The notes beneath the pieces are model-generated. The model searched no databases. It worked only from the letters and a program-made list of their open reading frames with translations, and was not told the origin of the DNA. From NCBI GenBank assembly GCA_010093705.1, contig MU006092.1, forward strand, positions 750,623 to 814,622: a DNA stretch of 64,000 nt. Reading direction: 5' to 3'. This DNA comes from Patellaria atrata CBS 101060 (taxonomy: Eukaryota). A program made the position numbers and the translations under genes. Positions 12,706-29,864 of this stretch are shown piece by piece. The first letter of the stretch is position 1; every line of letters begins with the position of its first letter.

Positions 12706-15679
12706 CTACCACAACGCACAAACCGGTTCCCTCTTCGCACAGCTAAAGCTGTCCTTGAAATTCCTCGAGTTGGCCATCGTGCCCAACACCCTCGCCCACT
12801 TCGGACTATGCGGATCCGTATAGATCCTATTGACCGCCGTCTTCGTCCTTGTCTTGCCGCACCACCAACTCGCATAACTGACGAAGAAGAGTTGTTCCTG
12901 GCTGAAGAAATCCAAGCCCGGGAGATTCTGATTCCTGCTCTCCGCATCGCGTTTCTTCCACGCCGAAAACGCCGCGCTCACACCCCCCGCATCCGCGATG
13001 TTCTCCCCTAGGGTAAGACGGCCGTTAACGTGCAGGGGTTTGCCGTCTGTGCCCTTGATGCTGAAGTTGTGGTACTGCTCGACGAAGCACTCTGCGCGGT
13101 CTTTGAAGGCGGCGACGGTGGTGTTGGTCCACCAGTCCGTGTAGTTGCCATTCTGGTCGTAGTGGCGGCCGGTGGAGTCGAAGGCATGGGAGAGCTCGTG
13201 GCCGGAGACGGAGCCGAAGGCACCGTAGCTGACGTATTGGGGGACGTTGACATCGAAGACGGGAAATTGCATTATCCCGGCTGGGAAGACGATTTCGTTG
13301 CCGGGTGGATTGTAATCTGGTAGACTTAGTATGTGGTGCTCCATGAGCCGAAATGAAAGTTGCCTTACAAGCATTTACTGTTGGAACTGTCATCCCCCTA
13401 GATGACCTAAGTTAATTGATGTTGCTGTGTGGTGAGATGACTACTTACCATTCATTCCTATCAACAGGTTTACCTAGGGCCGACCATTCACGCCTGATGT
13501 CAAATTTACTCAAGGCTACGGCATTACTAAAGTAGGAGGACGCGGATATATTGACACGCTCATAATAGGCATGGAGGGTTTTGGGGTCCATAATATCGGG
13601 ACTCTGAAGATATCCAATGTTAGAATCACAGAAAAAAGTGCCATGCAGTACTTTAAAGACCTATAATACGAACCTTAGTAGGGTATCCGATCTTCTGCAC
13701 AATGTTGTGGACCTTGCTAATTGCTAGTTCGACAACTTCATCCTCCATCCACTCAGTCCTCTTCAATGTCTCGATGAATTGCGCTTTGATGTCGGAGACG
13801 ATTTGATCACCGAATTCCTTAGCTTTGGCAGAGAATGCTTTCTCAACGAAGAATCTGCTCAAGATCCAGCCTAAGCCATTGTCAACATGGCCAACGCAGG
13901 TTCTCCATCGTTCTGGAGTCGAGTCTGGGTCCTAAACTGAATTAGCTGGGCGAGAGGTACGCAGAATCTGCACTCATACCTTTCCTTGCAACTCATTGAC
14001 AAACCTTTTGTAAGGAGTTAGAGCATCTGCTTCAACATAAGAGGAAAATTTCTGGATGGCCTTCCAAAAGAAATAGGCGTGGAGAACATCATCAGTAGTA
14101 TTGGACAGAATGTCGTTCAGATCCTTCAAATACTGAGGTGCCATAACGATAATTCGATCAGTCTCGAAACCACATGGCTCTAGGCTATCGATGAGCTTGG
14201 AGAGGCGGAGTTGAGGAGCTAAAGCATCAGCATCAGCAACAGACATCGGATTATAGTATTTCTGCTCGAAGTCAGAACTGTTCGTAAGAATTGGACATGT
14301 TGTCAAACCGTAACATCATCCCGGTCTTCCGCATCTGGGGAAGCATAAGCAAGGGCTTTCTCGAACTCTACCACACGGTGAAAAATATCACTTCCTGGAT
14401 CTAGAGGCTCTTGAAGCAATGCTGGGAGGACCTCGGAAACCACAACCTCATATTTCGCCACCAATTTATCATCGTTGTATAGCTCTTTAGCCGGTAATCC
14501 GATTCTGTATGGAGCGGAAACGGATACAGTCACCGTATCAGGATCTTTATCGTCGGGACCCGTCCCTGGGGCAACAAGGGCAGTAACATCTAATTTTGCA
14601 AGGTATTGGACCGACTTTGTGATGAACTCATGGTGATCGTCGTTAAATTCCCCGCTGGAGGATATCTGGGTCAATTCTCTAAGAATATCCTTTAATGGTG
14701 CTACTCCAACCTTCTTGATAGTATCTTCATCCAAGCAGGCATTATACGCAGCTTTGAGTTTTTTGAAATTCTCTTCATCTAGTGAACTGCTGGAACTTTC
14801 AAGCATTGCGGGCGAAAAGTACGAATGCTAGAAGGTAAATTAGAGCCGTATACAAATTATGAATCAAATAAACTCATTCCCCTTTCCATAAACTCCTCAC
14901 CTACTTAATATACACAAACTCTCAAAGGGCTCCGCGACTCTCCTGTATGCGAAGCTGATGCGTACTGAGAAGACCACTCCATAGGTAGGAGTGAACCGTA
15001 CGGACAGAAAATAAATATCGATACAACAGACTTAACGTACAGTGAGTTGCTGTTCTGCAAGTGTACAGAAAGGCGGGAATGCCATCTGAGGCCAAGATTT
15101 ATGAGTAGCCGTAATGATGAATGTAACTTACGGCCGATGTAGTCGGGTATTCAGCTTCCAGAATATGCCGTAACAGCGTCTGAGATGCCTCGAACATTTG
15201 TGTACCAGTGAAGGCGTCTCCCTGGTCAGGCCGAAGGTCATGACGCTCCCTCCATCCTCCGCAGACCAGCTCTTCAAAGTTTGTACATGGGTCGATGTTC
15301 TTATAGTTCGGTGACAGATTGTAAAGGATTTCGGAGGAAGCGTGCACACATGCAGGGGTTAGACAGACATCAGAATCTTGACTCTCGGGAGGATCTTGCA
15401 CATCTGCTCTATTTAAGTATCTACTATAAAATTGAAACGAGCTGTGGCGAACGAACCTAACGAGGGCTTGGTTTGGGGGATACGCTGCGGAAAATGAAGG
15501 AGATGAAATCCCAAAGCTATGCATAGTACTCCCGCAATCATCCTAAGAGCGAATACGCTGAAATGCCATGATTTCGATCCACTCCAGGAGCCTCGTTCAT
15601 AACCGCCTGTTGGAGTCACATATAACGGAGCCTTGTCAAGCTTCACGGATGCATTCCTACTTGGTAGCATGAGCCCCAT
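12706..15679 (-). CDS. Peptidase family M13 (neprilysin / endothelin-converting-enzyme-like), type II membrane metallopeptidase
   Basis: N-terminal TM anchor; CLTPACV..IDPCTNF..CGGW; VNAYY (after splicing) NPPGNEIVFPAGIMQ; zinc motif HELSH; ENIAD; DPHSP; ends CALW. Multi-exon, longest intron 14828-15131. Confidence 0.95.
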
Positions 15680-16130
15680 AGTGTTGCTTACACCCCGATA
15701 ATATATAAGGGGAATAAGCCAGGGATTCTAGGTGATGGAAATTGATGTTTAGTACGAGAACATCTGAGGTTGAAGCTGGCGGGAAGACGGCAGGCTAGGT
15801 CGTCATTGCGGAGAGAGATCCACGCTAGACCTGTTCCTAGCAATGGTCTTCGCTTGATACAGGACTTCCAAGTTAAGTTAGTGGTACAATAACTTTATCT
15901 GATCATGAAATATTCTGGATATCTATAATCATTCTCGGTGTTTAGAGCCACTTTCACGGTATATCACGGAGAAATTCGGTAGCAGAATGTTGGTCTGATC
16001 CAGAATCCCATGGATCTGTACATGTGTATGATTCGTATCTGTAACTGTCGCTTTTTGAATCTCGGAGACCAATTTCATGTCTTCAAAAATTCATGCGACT
16101 TCTAATTCCCATGTCTACTCTCCCACAGGA

Positions 16131-16292
16131 GACACTAAAGAAGACCACAGAAAAGCAAAAACGACTCGAGAATTCCAAACAACTGACACCAAGGGGCACC
16201 ACCAACGGGCGAAAACGACTCACGAACTCCACACAAACAACACTAGAGAGCAACACCAAAAAGCAAAACCAACGACGAAGTCCACCAGATAA
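16131..16292. repeat. Degenerate 54-bp tandem repeat, 3 units
   Basis: Units start at 16131 (gacactaaagaagaccac), 16185 (gacaccaaggggcaccac) and 16239 (aacactagagagcaacac). Units 1 and 2 share gc[ag]aaaacgactc. Confidence 0.8.
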
Positions 16293-16359
16293 CTCCACTG
16301 TGGCAGCCACGCCCAACCTCTTTACCCGCCCGTTTACTCACCTACACAACCGGAACCTC

Positions 16360-17575
16360 TCAGATTGTTGAGGATGGCGCGAACGTCTTCCTCAGCCAGC
16401 GGCTCAACCCCCCTTTCTCTACCACTGGAGCTGCATCACCAGCTCCTCTGGTCACTACCATCGCAGCACGGCGCTCCTCGGCCTGTTCGCGCAGGCCAGA
16501 TTCCTTTTGGCGGCTAGCCGCAGAGCGGCCTCCCTTGCTTGATTGCAAGGGGCGAGCGACACCTGGAAGTATGGCCCCGGAGGGCGTTGCGGAAGCCGTC
16601 GGTGACTCACGACGGAGAGAAAGTGAGCGGTAGGGACGGGACGTTGTCGGTGGCGTGGAAGGTGTGCCATCATCTTCCCGAGTCTCGAGCACCGTTTCGC
16701 CGGTGCAGAACACTGCGCGATCCGGGTCGTACTCGTACACCGAAGCTAACCCAGAAACCACACCAGATGGGTCAGATGAGGCCTGGACCTCACCGGATAC
16801 CCGCCTGAGCGGAGTCTGGGCCAGCATGACCGCGCCACGTTTACCTGCCGCTGTGGAGGGGGCACTAGCACGCAGGGGTTGAACCACTGGGCGAGTTGTC
16901 GCTAAGAGGTTCGGCATGGATGCGAACGGATTTGGCATCCTGTGCAGGCTTTTGACAAGCCCCGATACTGGATGGGAGCTAAGGGCGGCCTGAAGGGACC
17001 CTACTCCCGAACCGAAACGTCCGAAAGGTACGTTCGGTAGATACCGGAGGCTCCACTCCTGATATACTTTACCCAGTATCGGGTAATGGGCAAAGAGGTT
17101 GTTTGCGATCTGCATTTCAACCTCGTACTCGGGTACAATGACCCTCTTTTCGCAGGCAAGGAACACCTCCAGAGGGTTCTTCAATTGCCTTTTACCCTTG
17201 GGGAACACCTCGTTTTCCATCAGCTCTGTATTTTCTTGTACCATCCGGACAAAAGCCGGATTTCTTTGTCTACGGCCATATTCAATATTCATACGGAAAG
17301 TCTCCAACCCTAGGGTGTTGGGGTCCATATTGGCGACCCGACCCATATCGAGGGTCTTTTTTGGGATTTTAGGCCCAGAGAGTTGTGGTAGTGATGGCGA
17401 TCTGTACTGTACAGAAGTTTTAGTACTGCTATTCGCATTTCGAATGACTGTGCGGATTTGAGAAGAATGTGTGGATACGTACTGGCGCAAGTCTTGAGCT
17501 TGCTTCTTGCTCTTCAGGAATTCCTGGAAGAGGCTTTTCTGGTCTGGGTGCAGCTGCTCCTTTTCGTGGAGCCAT
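16360..17575 (-). CDS. Hypothetical (orphan-like) protein, ~380 aa, 2 exons
   Basis: ACAATGG start MAPRKG at 17575. Intron 17407-17481 (GTACGT..ACTAAA..CAG) joins in phase 0 to the long ORF (YRSPSLP...). No family recognised. Confidence 0.7.
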
Positions 17576-19398
17576 TGTGATGGTGGTATTGAAGATTTTT
17601 GATTGATGATGATTGTATGTGAGAATTGTGAGACGCGCGCGAAGAGGTGCTTGATGCAAAGCAGAGGTTCTGCTTTGGTTGTGGTTGATTCTGTCGGGCG
17701 CGGTGATGTGTTAGAAGAAAGAAGGTGAGAGAGTACTGTTGTTTTGAAATAATATTAGCTTGCCGCACTTAAGCGAAGAGCAAGTTAGGTGAAGGAAATA
17801 ATTCCAGGCAACTAACCTAGGTCAGATGAATCTGCAGGAAACGTAACAATTTGGTGAAGCATGATTATGAATGAGATCTTGAGTGAAGGAAGTCGCTGAC
17901 AAAGCGAAGGCAACTTTTTCCATGACAAACGGATTTCATACAACCTGAATGGGATCTTTATTGACGCTTTAGCACCGAGAATATCCCTGAGAATAGGAGA
18001 GGACATTCCTCGATCAAAGGTCAAAGGTCAACCGGGGTATGCACCTGGGATACTAATCGACTCCTTTAAGGGGGTCTTCAGACTTCACAAAATAACCTGT
18101 GTGACGGTCCAACAGGTCAATGAACAGAAAAATAAGTACAAGCACTGAATATATTCAAAGAAGTTTTTTTTGTCTTGTTTGAACGGAATATCGTGTCTTT
18201 TGAAGACGTAACAAGGAGAATTTGGAATAAGAAGTATGGAAGATACCTCTATATCAACTATTATGATATACCTACTTTAATTTTGCTTCGCCACTCTGAC
18301 TCAAAAAGCATACATTCTTCAAGACACCTATGACTGGGTAACTCCCATCCAAGGAGTCGGAACAAATCCCTTGACTGTTCTCAAAAATTAAGCTGACAGA
18401 CACCCCAAAACTTCTACTAGTGCCATAATTGGCACTTTTCAGTTCCTCTACGCTTCCTATACTCTGTTCAGTGTACATTCATACCTAGCCCTAGATAGTA
18501 GTAACTGAGATTTGTACGCTATACGCCTTGTACAATTTATAGTCCATTGTACAATCTGATCCTGTACGTACGATAGGTCCAGTGAACAGTTTCAAGAGCA
18601 AGCGTATAGTGACCTCGAAGTAAAACGACAAGAGAAAAGGGTAAATTGGCATGGGAACAGAACAGTATCCAGTCGAAGTATTATCGCACCTCAGTTGCAG
18701 CTGGTATACTCTGGCTCTGGTGCAAGTATTGAATAACTGCTGGGAAACTTCAATTCCGCTGTATCAACCAAGACTTACTGTCTGTATGATCAGGAAAATG
18801 GACGGTGTGGTGGCTTTAATTGTACATTTTCGTATTTCGTATATCTTTCCTGTACAGAAAAGTTCGAGACCAGTATGACAGTAACCGTACAGAAGGATGA
18901 AAAGTATCACGATGCAAAAGGGATAACATCATATTGGAATATCAAGTAGATAAAGATGTCAGATATTGAAGGGATGAGATGAGGTTGAAGTTGAAGTCTC
19001 TTAGTCATCTGGCTTCGAAACTGTTGCATGCTGATTGGCCATGCAACGAAGCTCTCCCTTCAGATGTGTCCACTGAAACCCAAAGGCTCTTCTTCACTGA
19101 GTCTTTCTCATATTTTTTCTTTCCCATTTTTATACTGATCCTTCATTGTCAATTCACTGTCAATATCAGCCGTCGTTCATAATACCCTGTACTATTCCGT
19201 GACTCTACGTCAATCCCCTCATCTTCGCCGAGCGCCACTAGAAATTTACGCCACCATATAAACAAATTCCCTCGAACCCCCTCTTTAGCATCCAAAACAC
19301 CAAAGAGCTCGATATAAGATTCCTACTCCGCGTCACCCAGTCCTAAGAGATTCTCTAGCCTGTTACTTCTCGGACCACCATTCAATCTCACCTCCATC

Positions 19399-20585
<1,187 letters not shown>

Positions 20586-20979
20586 GGAGTTCGATGGCCT
20601 ATGATTAGGGTTACAGGCTCGCATGGGATTGTCTTCAAACGGTATCATGCTCTAGTGAATAGGTAAAGGGGAACTCTCGGCAATCTCATTCTACTTCCGG
20701 CGTCTGGGGCGAAAAAGGAAAAAGTATTTATTTATGTCTCGTCCATACTGTACATGATTTCACGAAGATATACATCATTAAGTCACGAATCTCAGGCAAA
20801 AATTACAAATTATGATTTTAACGATTTTATTTCTTTTCACATGTCATATGCTCCCTAGGTTTATGAATTTAGATCTAGGAGACAATAGCCCGCCAAATCG
20901 CTAATACAAAGAACATCAAGTACCAGCAGTGACCATAAAAAACGTTCCTCGAGCTCTTCTGCACCAGCGAAGATTTTCC

Positions 20980-23616
<2,637 letters not shown>

Positions 23617-24406
23617 GGTTGACAGGTGTTTGAGGAAATGGGGTAAAGCAGGGTTGAGAAGTGTTGATATGGACCTTGAACTTGGAAGCTCCAAGGACAG
23701 GTTGCGAGTAAAGTTCAGCGAGGGACAGGTGTTCAGTAAGATGGATGGGCGATTCGAAAATGCCTGAGATCTTCTAGAAAGAAGAGTAGTAATGGTAATG
23801 CCTGGTGCAGGCGTCCCGTAAATATGCTATGAACTGTTGGTTGTCTGAGGATCTTTGAGCGCACACATACAGCATCCTCGGAAGGCCAGATTTGGCTGGG
23901 CAGAGTGTTCCGAATAGGGAAGGCGTAAAAGCTTGGGTATAAAAATCGTAAAACTCAAAGCCAACCTCCCTTCTTTTTCTTTAGACAAACCGCCAGCAAA
24001 GCACATTACTTACGGCAGATTGGATCCTCAATATCTAAACTGTTTTCGCGCTGAGCGTAGAGAAAATTCAACCCGTTGCTGGGCGCCTGAATTCGAAGGA
24101 TCGTTCCGATCTTCTTGAGACTTCAGGAATCAGCTGAGGTCACATCTATTCCTAGGACACGCAATGATGCTATACATTCATCTAGACAATCTCTGAATTT
24201 ACTAGATGTTATATAGCTACAATCTCGCCATAGGAACGTTTCATCGCTCGTGTATAACTTGCCTTTAGTCAGCATACTGTAGATGCAAGAATACCATAGC
24301 ACTCTATCCAGATAAGACCGTAAGGGGATGTATGCCCAGTCATAGATCATAAACACATATGGATATACTTTTCAAATATGTTCAAGAATGTAATATATCA
24401 ACACAT

Positions 24407-25834
24407 TTAAAACCTCGCCTCCACCTTCTCCTCAGTATCCTGCAGTGCCCACTCACTCCTCGCCTTCTTACTCCTCACCTCCGCTACCTGTGCCTTTGTA
24501 AACCCCTTCGCAACCACGGCCGGATTGTATCCGAGACCTGTGATCTTCGCAATCTCCTCATCACTGAGCTTCGAGTTAGCCTCGCCATCTGCCCGCTTAT
24601 ACACTGAGCAAACTACAGCACCGCCAAGGCCAAGGTTGTGCTGGAGTGCAGCAGTAGTACCATCGACCAGTCTGTTGTTAGCCCAACCACGCAGATGCCA
24701 CACTAACTCGGCGCACTGGGCAATACCAGACGCTCCGAGTGGATGACCTTTGCTGATAAGACCACCTGAAGGGTTGATAACCATCTTGCCACCATAGGTA
24801 ATGTCACCCTTCCTTACCATCTCGTGTGCTTTGCCTGGTTCACACAGACCCAAGGCGTCGATTGTTACCATCTCGTTTGCAGAGAAACAGTCGTGTAGCT
24901 CACAGACCTTGATCTCAGATGGGGATACCTTTGCTTCCTCTAGGGCAGTTTTAGCGGCGTATTTGGTCATGTCATATCCCACAAGGTCCATAGCACTCTT
25001 GCTGAAAAGCTTAGGGCTGTCGGTAGCAAGGCATTGGCCTGCGATCAAGACCGCTTGGGATCTGAGTTCCGGTCTGGAGTTGAGGAAGGCTTCTGAAACG
25101 AGGACAGCGGCAGCAGCACCATCGGAGGTGGGGCAGCATTGCAGCTTGGTAAGGGGTTCGTGGATCATAGGTGACTTCATAATCTCCTCAAGAGTATACT
25201 CTTGTTGGAATTGGGAGTAAGGGTTACGTTTCGAGTGCTCATGGTTAATACGGCCAATTTCTGCGAAGTCCTCCATTTTGGCACCATACCTAAGTTTTTC
25301 AGGTTAAGAAATATCCATACGCTGTTTTGGTTGAACTTACTTCTCCATGTATTCTCTACCGGCATTACCAAATAGTTGAGCAGCACCAGGAGCGTTTGTG
25401 ACACCCCTGGTCTCCTCCATGAGCCTATTTGTAGTCTCAGTCGGATTCGACCGATCTTGGAAGAAGGTTTGCAAAGAACCCGGAAACATCTTTTCGAATC
25501 CAACTACTAAGACAACGTCTGAAGCACCGTGTGCAATGAAGTTCCTGCCCATGAAGATACCAGTAGAGCCCGTGGAGCAGTTGTTGTTGACATTATAGAT
25601 CGGAATCTGGGTCATGCCGAACTGGTAGAATACTCGCTGCCCGCATGTGCTGTCTCCATAGCAATAGCATGCTACACCTTGATCGACGTCGTCGTAGTTG
25701 ATGTGTGCGTCCAGCATAGCCTTGATACCAGCTTCGAAACCGAGTTCATGATAATCCACTTTGCCTCGGGGTTTAATAAACTTGGTCATTCCAACGCCTA
25801 AGACGTATACGGGCTTTCCTTGCTTCTTAACCAT
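24407..25834 (-). CDS. SCP2-type thiolase (SCP-x thiolase domain, 'nonspecific lipid-transfer protein'), probably peroxisomal
   Basis: NVNNNCSTGSTG, CCPTSDGAAA, ELHDCFSANE, NPSGGLISKGHPLGASG, QHNLGLGG. Ends -ARF (PTS1-like). Intron 25290-25340. Confidence 0.95.
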
Positions 25835-26082
25835 CTTGTTGGTTATGTCTGATCTGTTTTTTATGTTTCAATATAGTTTGTTGAATGATATAGACCCCAG
25901 GTGGCGATGAGGGTTGAGTACCAAAACCAGTCAAGCAAAGCAGTAATATACTCGAGTAATTATTCTTTGCTGGTATCAAGTGAGCAGGATGGGGTTATTT
26001 GATGTGAAGGTCAGTAAGATATCTTCTCTCTGCTCACTTCGATCCTTTAAAATATAGCGGAGGGTCATCGAATATCCTATAT

Positions 26083-26282
26083 CTGGGGTAGGCAGTAATG
26101 CGGGGACCTCGGTATGGATATGATTGGTGTACAGACAACCTTGGAACTCTTTCGGTAAACCATTCCCAGCACGGCCCTATTTCGAACCATTAGATGCCGA
26201 GTCCCTCTATACATGCACGACATAAATCTTATTCGAAACGAGATCGTTCGGTTGAGTCATAAAATAATGGTGTCGGCCTCGG
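26083..26282. promoter_or_regulatory. Candidate FarA/FarB (CCTCGG) and CreA (SYGGRG) sites in the thiolase promoter
   Basis: CCTCGG at 26107-26112 and 26277-26282; CTGGGG near 26083 and GCGGGG near 26100; 250-450 bp upstream of the thiolase ATG. Confidence 0.5.
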
Positions 26283-26969
26283 TGGAAAGAGAGAATCGAG
26301 AGCATCAGGTTGTTTGGAGAAGGTCTGTCTAGATGTTGATCGCACTGAAAGACTACCTTAATAAAACACAGTGGTAGCCATACCTTCTTATTCGGTCGTC
26401 ACTTCAGGAATGACCTGTGTACTAGTACCATAACGTTAATATTAGAGTTATATGTAGGCTACTTATTCGTCTGACACATTCTGTCGTACCTTGTCAAAAG
26501 CTGGTCCCCGGGTTTTGGATGTGCTCTTACTTTTGTATCTTGACTGTAGTAATTGTTCGGATTACTGAGTAGAGTGAGAAATAGTTATGTACACCGTAGA
26601 TTACCGTCTACACGTCTATACCATTCCCCTAAAAGTGTCCTCTAAATCTATGCATCCCCTTCGTTTTGATGCCATCCCATCAGAAGGTGGATATTGAACG
26701 CCACCCAATGCATACTTAACAGAGAACACCGACGGAAAACGCCCCGATCCAAGATCCTGTTTAGAACGCCTCATAAAATAACATGAATGATTCGCTTGAA
26801 CGCAGAAATCAGAAAAAGTGTCGTAAGAGTGCTGAGTTTGAGTTTGTCGAGGTATCCGTAAGAAAAAATGAAGTCCACCCCGTTCCAAAGAGGGACCAGC
26901 CGTCGAGAAGGAACTCTTCTCAGGACTTTTCTTGAGATCAAAGGTTTGTGCCGGTCGGTAGACATTCCG

Positions 26970-27597
26970 TCATATCCTGGCTTCCTGGAGTCGGCGAAGT
27001 TCTCTTTCCTGAGCAAAAACCCTTCTGCTCATTTCGAGAACCATCTCGAACCCTTCTTTTCCCTTGACAGCATTTTGTTTGAATCTCTCTACCGTGAATT
27101 CCTCGATGCTGTTCTTCACTTTCTGCCAACCGCCACAAAGAGCTGTTATTCTAGCGTGCTGCTCGAATTTCGTTCGCCCTAACGGGTTTGAAGAAGCGGG
27201 ACTGTAGACGCAAGTCTCACGAACTGATAACAAATTCGAGAATGTCATATTTGTCGAACACATGGTAACCTTTTTATTTCTTGGGTCCACGTAGGATGTC
27301 TCGTAGACCATTGAAGTGTCTTGGCCGCCGAGAAAACTGTTTAGCCACTGAGGTGCTGATTGTTTGCACGTAATGAGACGTTCGGTTCGTAGCTTAAGAT
27401 GATTTGAGCGTTTTATCAATGAAAATGATGCAGAAGATACTTACGATGCCCGAAATAGGGTCAACCGTCCGGGATAGCGTATCAACGGCGATAACGTGCG
27501 GCGTCTTTTCATTCCAAGGCCCATACTTCTGCCAATTCGCGGCAGATACCTCTTCCCAGGAGTAATCGAACTCAGTCGAGGTCGCGAAGAATTTCAT
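26970..27597 (-). CDS. PRELI/MSF1-domain mitochondrial lipid-transfer protein (Ups2/Ups3-like)
   Basis: [57 protein letters not shown]. Intron 27393-27444. Confidence 0.93.
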
Positions 27598-28220
27598 TGT
27601 GTCGTGTGTGGATGTCGTGTGCTTAGACGGACGACGGGATGGGAATAGAATAGAAAAGTTGGCGGTGTCGTGCGTGAAAGAAAAGAACCGTTTCTTCCGA
27701 TCTCGCTTTGACCGCTGATAAAATCAAAGGACGCCTCTCTCTCCTCTCTCCAAACTGGCAATAAAGCAGGCGGATGAAGAGGAAAAGGATAGATACTTTT
27801 AGATGACTTCCAGAGGATGTGGAAGAATTTTGAATTGAAGAAAGTAGGACTAGTAGATGAAAAAATGCCAAAATGGAAGTGCCCTGGCTAGCAGGACTTT
27901 CTCCGGGAGCAGATGCACCACCAAGATTTTCTACCTAGCGCACGATTTGGGCCGGCCTGGTCTCCGTGTTTTCTCGCCAAACTTTTATCTGTTCCCGTTT
28001 CCCTTGCCAACTAAGTTCTGGCCAATCATGACATCAGAACGCATGACTAAGACCACCTCATACTGTACTCGTAACATTGCTCGTGCTTCATAGCTGTCTT
28101 CAACGAAGTCTGCTACCAAGTCAGAGGACTCCTACTATCTACCTGTCCACACACCTTCAAGCTCCTCACTTACCGTCTAATCTCTTCTATCTTTTCCGAG
28201 TCTCAGGACGACCTCACAAA

Positions 28221-29176
28221 ATGTGGATTTTTGACTGGTAAGTGAGGAAAATTTATACGTGAAGGATTGAACCGTAGCAACTGACTGGCCGTAGGTGTAA
28301 GCAATTACTCTTTTGTGCTTCTTCGGTTTGTGCATTGGTTCCCTGATACACCGTGTAGTCTTTGACGTTCTGTCCTCTCTTGGTCTATGGAATAAGCATG
28401 CCAGTAGGTGGTAGAAGCATTTCGCCAACGTATCCAGCGCTGATGCTATCATACAGAACTGCTGTTCTTAGGTTTGGACAATGCAGGAAAGACAACCTTA
28501 CTCCACATGCTGAAGAATGATCGCGTCGCTGTGTTGAATCCTAGTACGTACCAATATCTCACTCTACGCAAATAACTAGCTAATCTACTGGAAGCGCTAC
28601 ATCCTAGTACGTCTACCGAATCCTAGCGACGACCGTCTCTGGCATGTCTAACACCTAGCAGCATCGGAGGAATTAAGCATCGGAAACGTGTGTATGTCCA
28701 CAGTCAGATTTGATACGGTCCATTGATCAGTAAACAGGTTCGCTTCACAACCTTCGATTTGGGTGGTCATTCCCAGGCGCGCAGACTCTGGCGCGACTAC
28801 TTCCCCGAAGTTTCCGGAATTGTCTTTCTTATTGATGCAAAAGATCACGAGCGCTTCCCTGAAGCAAAGGCAGAGTTGGAGGCACTACTAGCCATGGAAG
28901 AGCTCTCATCAACGCCTTTCCTTGTATTAGGAAACAAGATCGATCACCCGGAGGCAGTCTCGGAAGACTATCTAAGAAACGTTCTGGGTCTATACAACAC
29001 AACCGGCAAAGGCAAGGTGCCTTTAGAGGGCACAAGGCCTATTGAGGTCTTTATGTGTTCTGTGGTGATGAGGCAGGGTATGTCGGCTATCAGATGATAA
29101 TTTGCCCCATAAAGTTCGGCTGACAAATGAACTAGGTTATGGTGATGGCATCCGCTGGCTCAGCCAATATGTTTAA
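28221..29176 (+). CDS. SAR1: Small COPII GTPase Sar1 (8 exons)
   Basis: Exons 28221-28237, 28295-28296, 28359-28403, 28457-28543, 28595-28606, 28662-28687, 28738-29077, 29136-29176 give [51 protein letters not shown]. Confidence 0.97.
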
Positions 29177-29504
29177 GCAAAGTGACTGGTTGATGGGCTG
29201 TATTGTATGCATTGATGTCATTCCCTTTTATCATTGACCTAGTGATAACCGTGCTCATGGATCAATGACGGATTTCCTACACATCTCAATGGGGTTTGGA
29301 GAAATTGGTCACTAGAGCTCGATTCAAAGATATCTAGATCTAATGCCATTCATGAACTACAAATCCAAGCCATAAGCTTTCATACACTCGATATTTCTGT
29401 GTTCATTCTTTAACCTCATCGTTGGTATCCAAGAACAAAGAAAAAAAAATAAGCTGTAAGGTTCTTCAGTGACAGAACTTGACCGTCGTCTGAAGCTCTT
29501 ACGT

Positions 29505-29864
29505 TTACTCGTCAACGGGCTGAGGTTCGCCATCCGCCTCACCAGAGTTTACTCTTTTGCCGGTCTTCTTGATGGTGTTAAGCACGGTAGAGTAGTCGAG
29601 GGTCTCTTCTGTGACTATCTCGGCCGTCTGGGTGTCGAGAGAGACGTTGTAAGACTTGACACCTGTCGAAAAGTGTCAACGATGTTGCAATCACATGCCC
29701 CTAACCGAGGCGGGGGGTTGACACGGCAACGGGAATAGGAGAGGGGAGGGGAAGTTGGGAGAGGAGGTTCACTAACCGTCCAGCTTCTTCAATACGCGCT
29801 CCACGGCTCCTGAGCATCCTCCGCAACTCATAGCGACGTTAAATTTGTAGTTGTGTTCGGCCAT
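29505..29864 (-). CDS. ATX1: Copper chaperone Atx1 (HMA domain); absent from the ORF track
   Basis: MAEHNYKFNVAMSCGGCSGAVERVLKKLDG, intron at about 29663-29776, then VKSYNVSLDTQTA..IKKTGKRV..DE*. Has MxCxxC and KTGK motifs. Confidence 0.96.

Noticed and set aside
16131..16292. CRISPR-like reading of the 54-bp repeats
   Set aside because: Eukaryotic context; the units are contiguous and degenerate, with no spacers.
19318..19398. Possible non-AUG extension of HEM2
   Set aside because: Only 27 open codons after an in-frame TAA, with no supporting targeting features.
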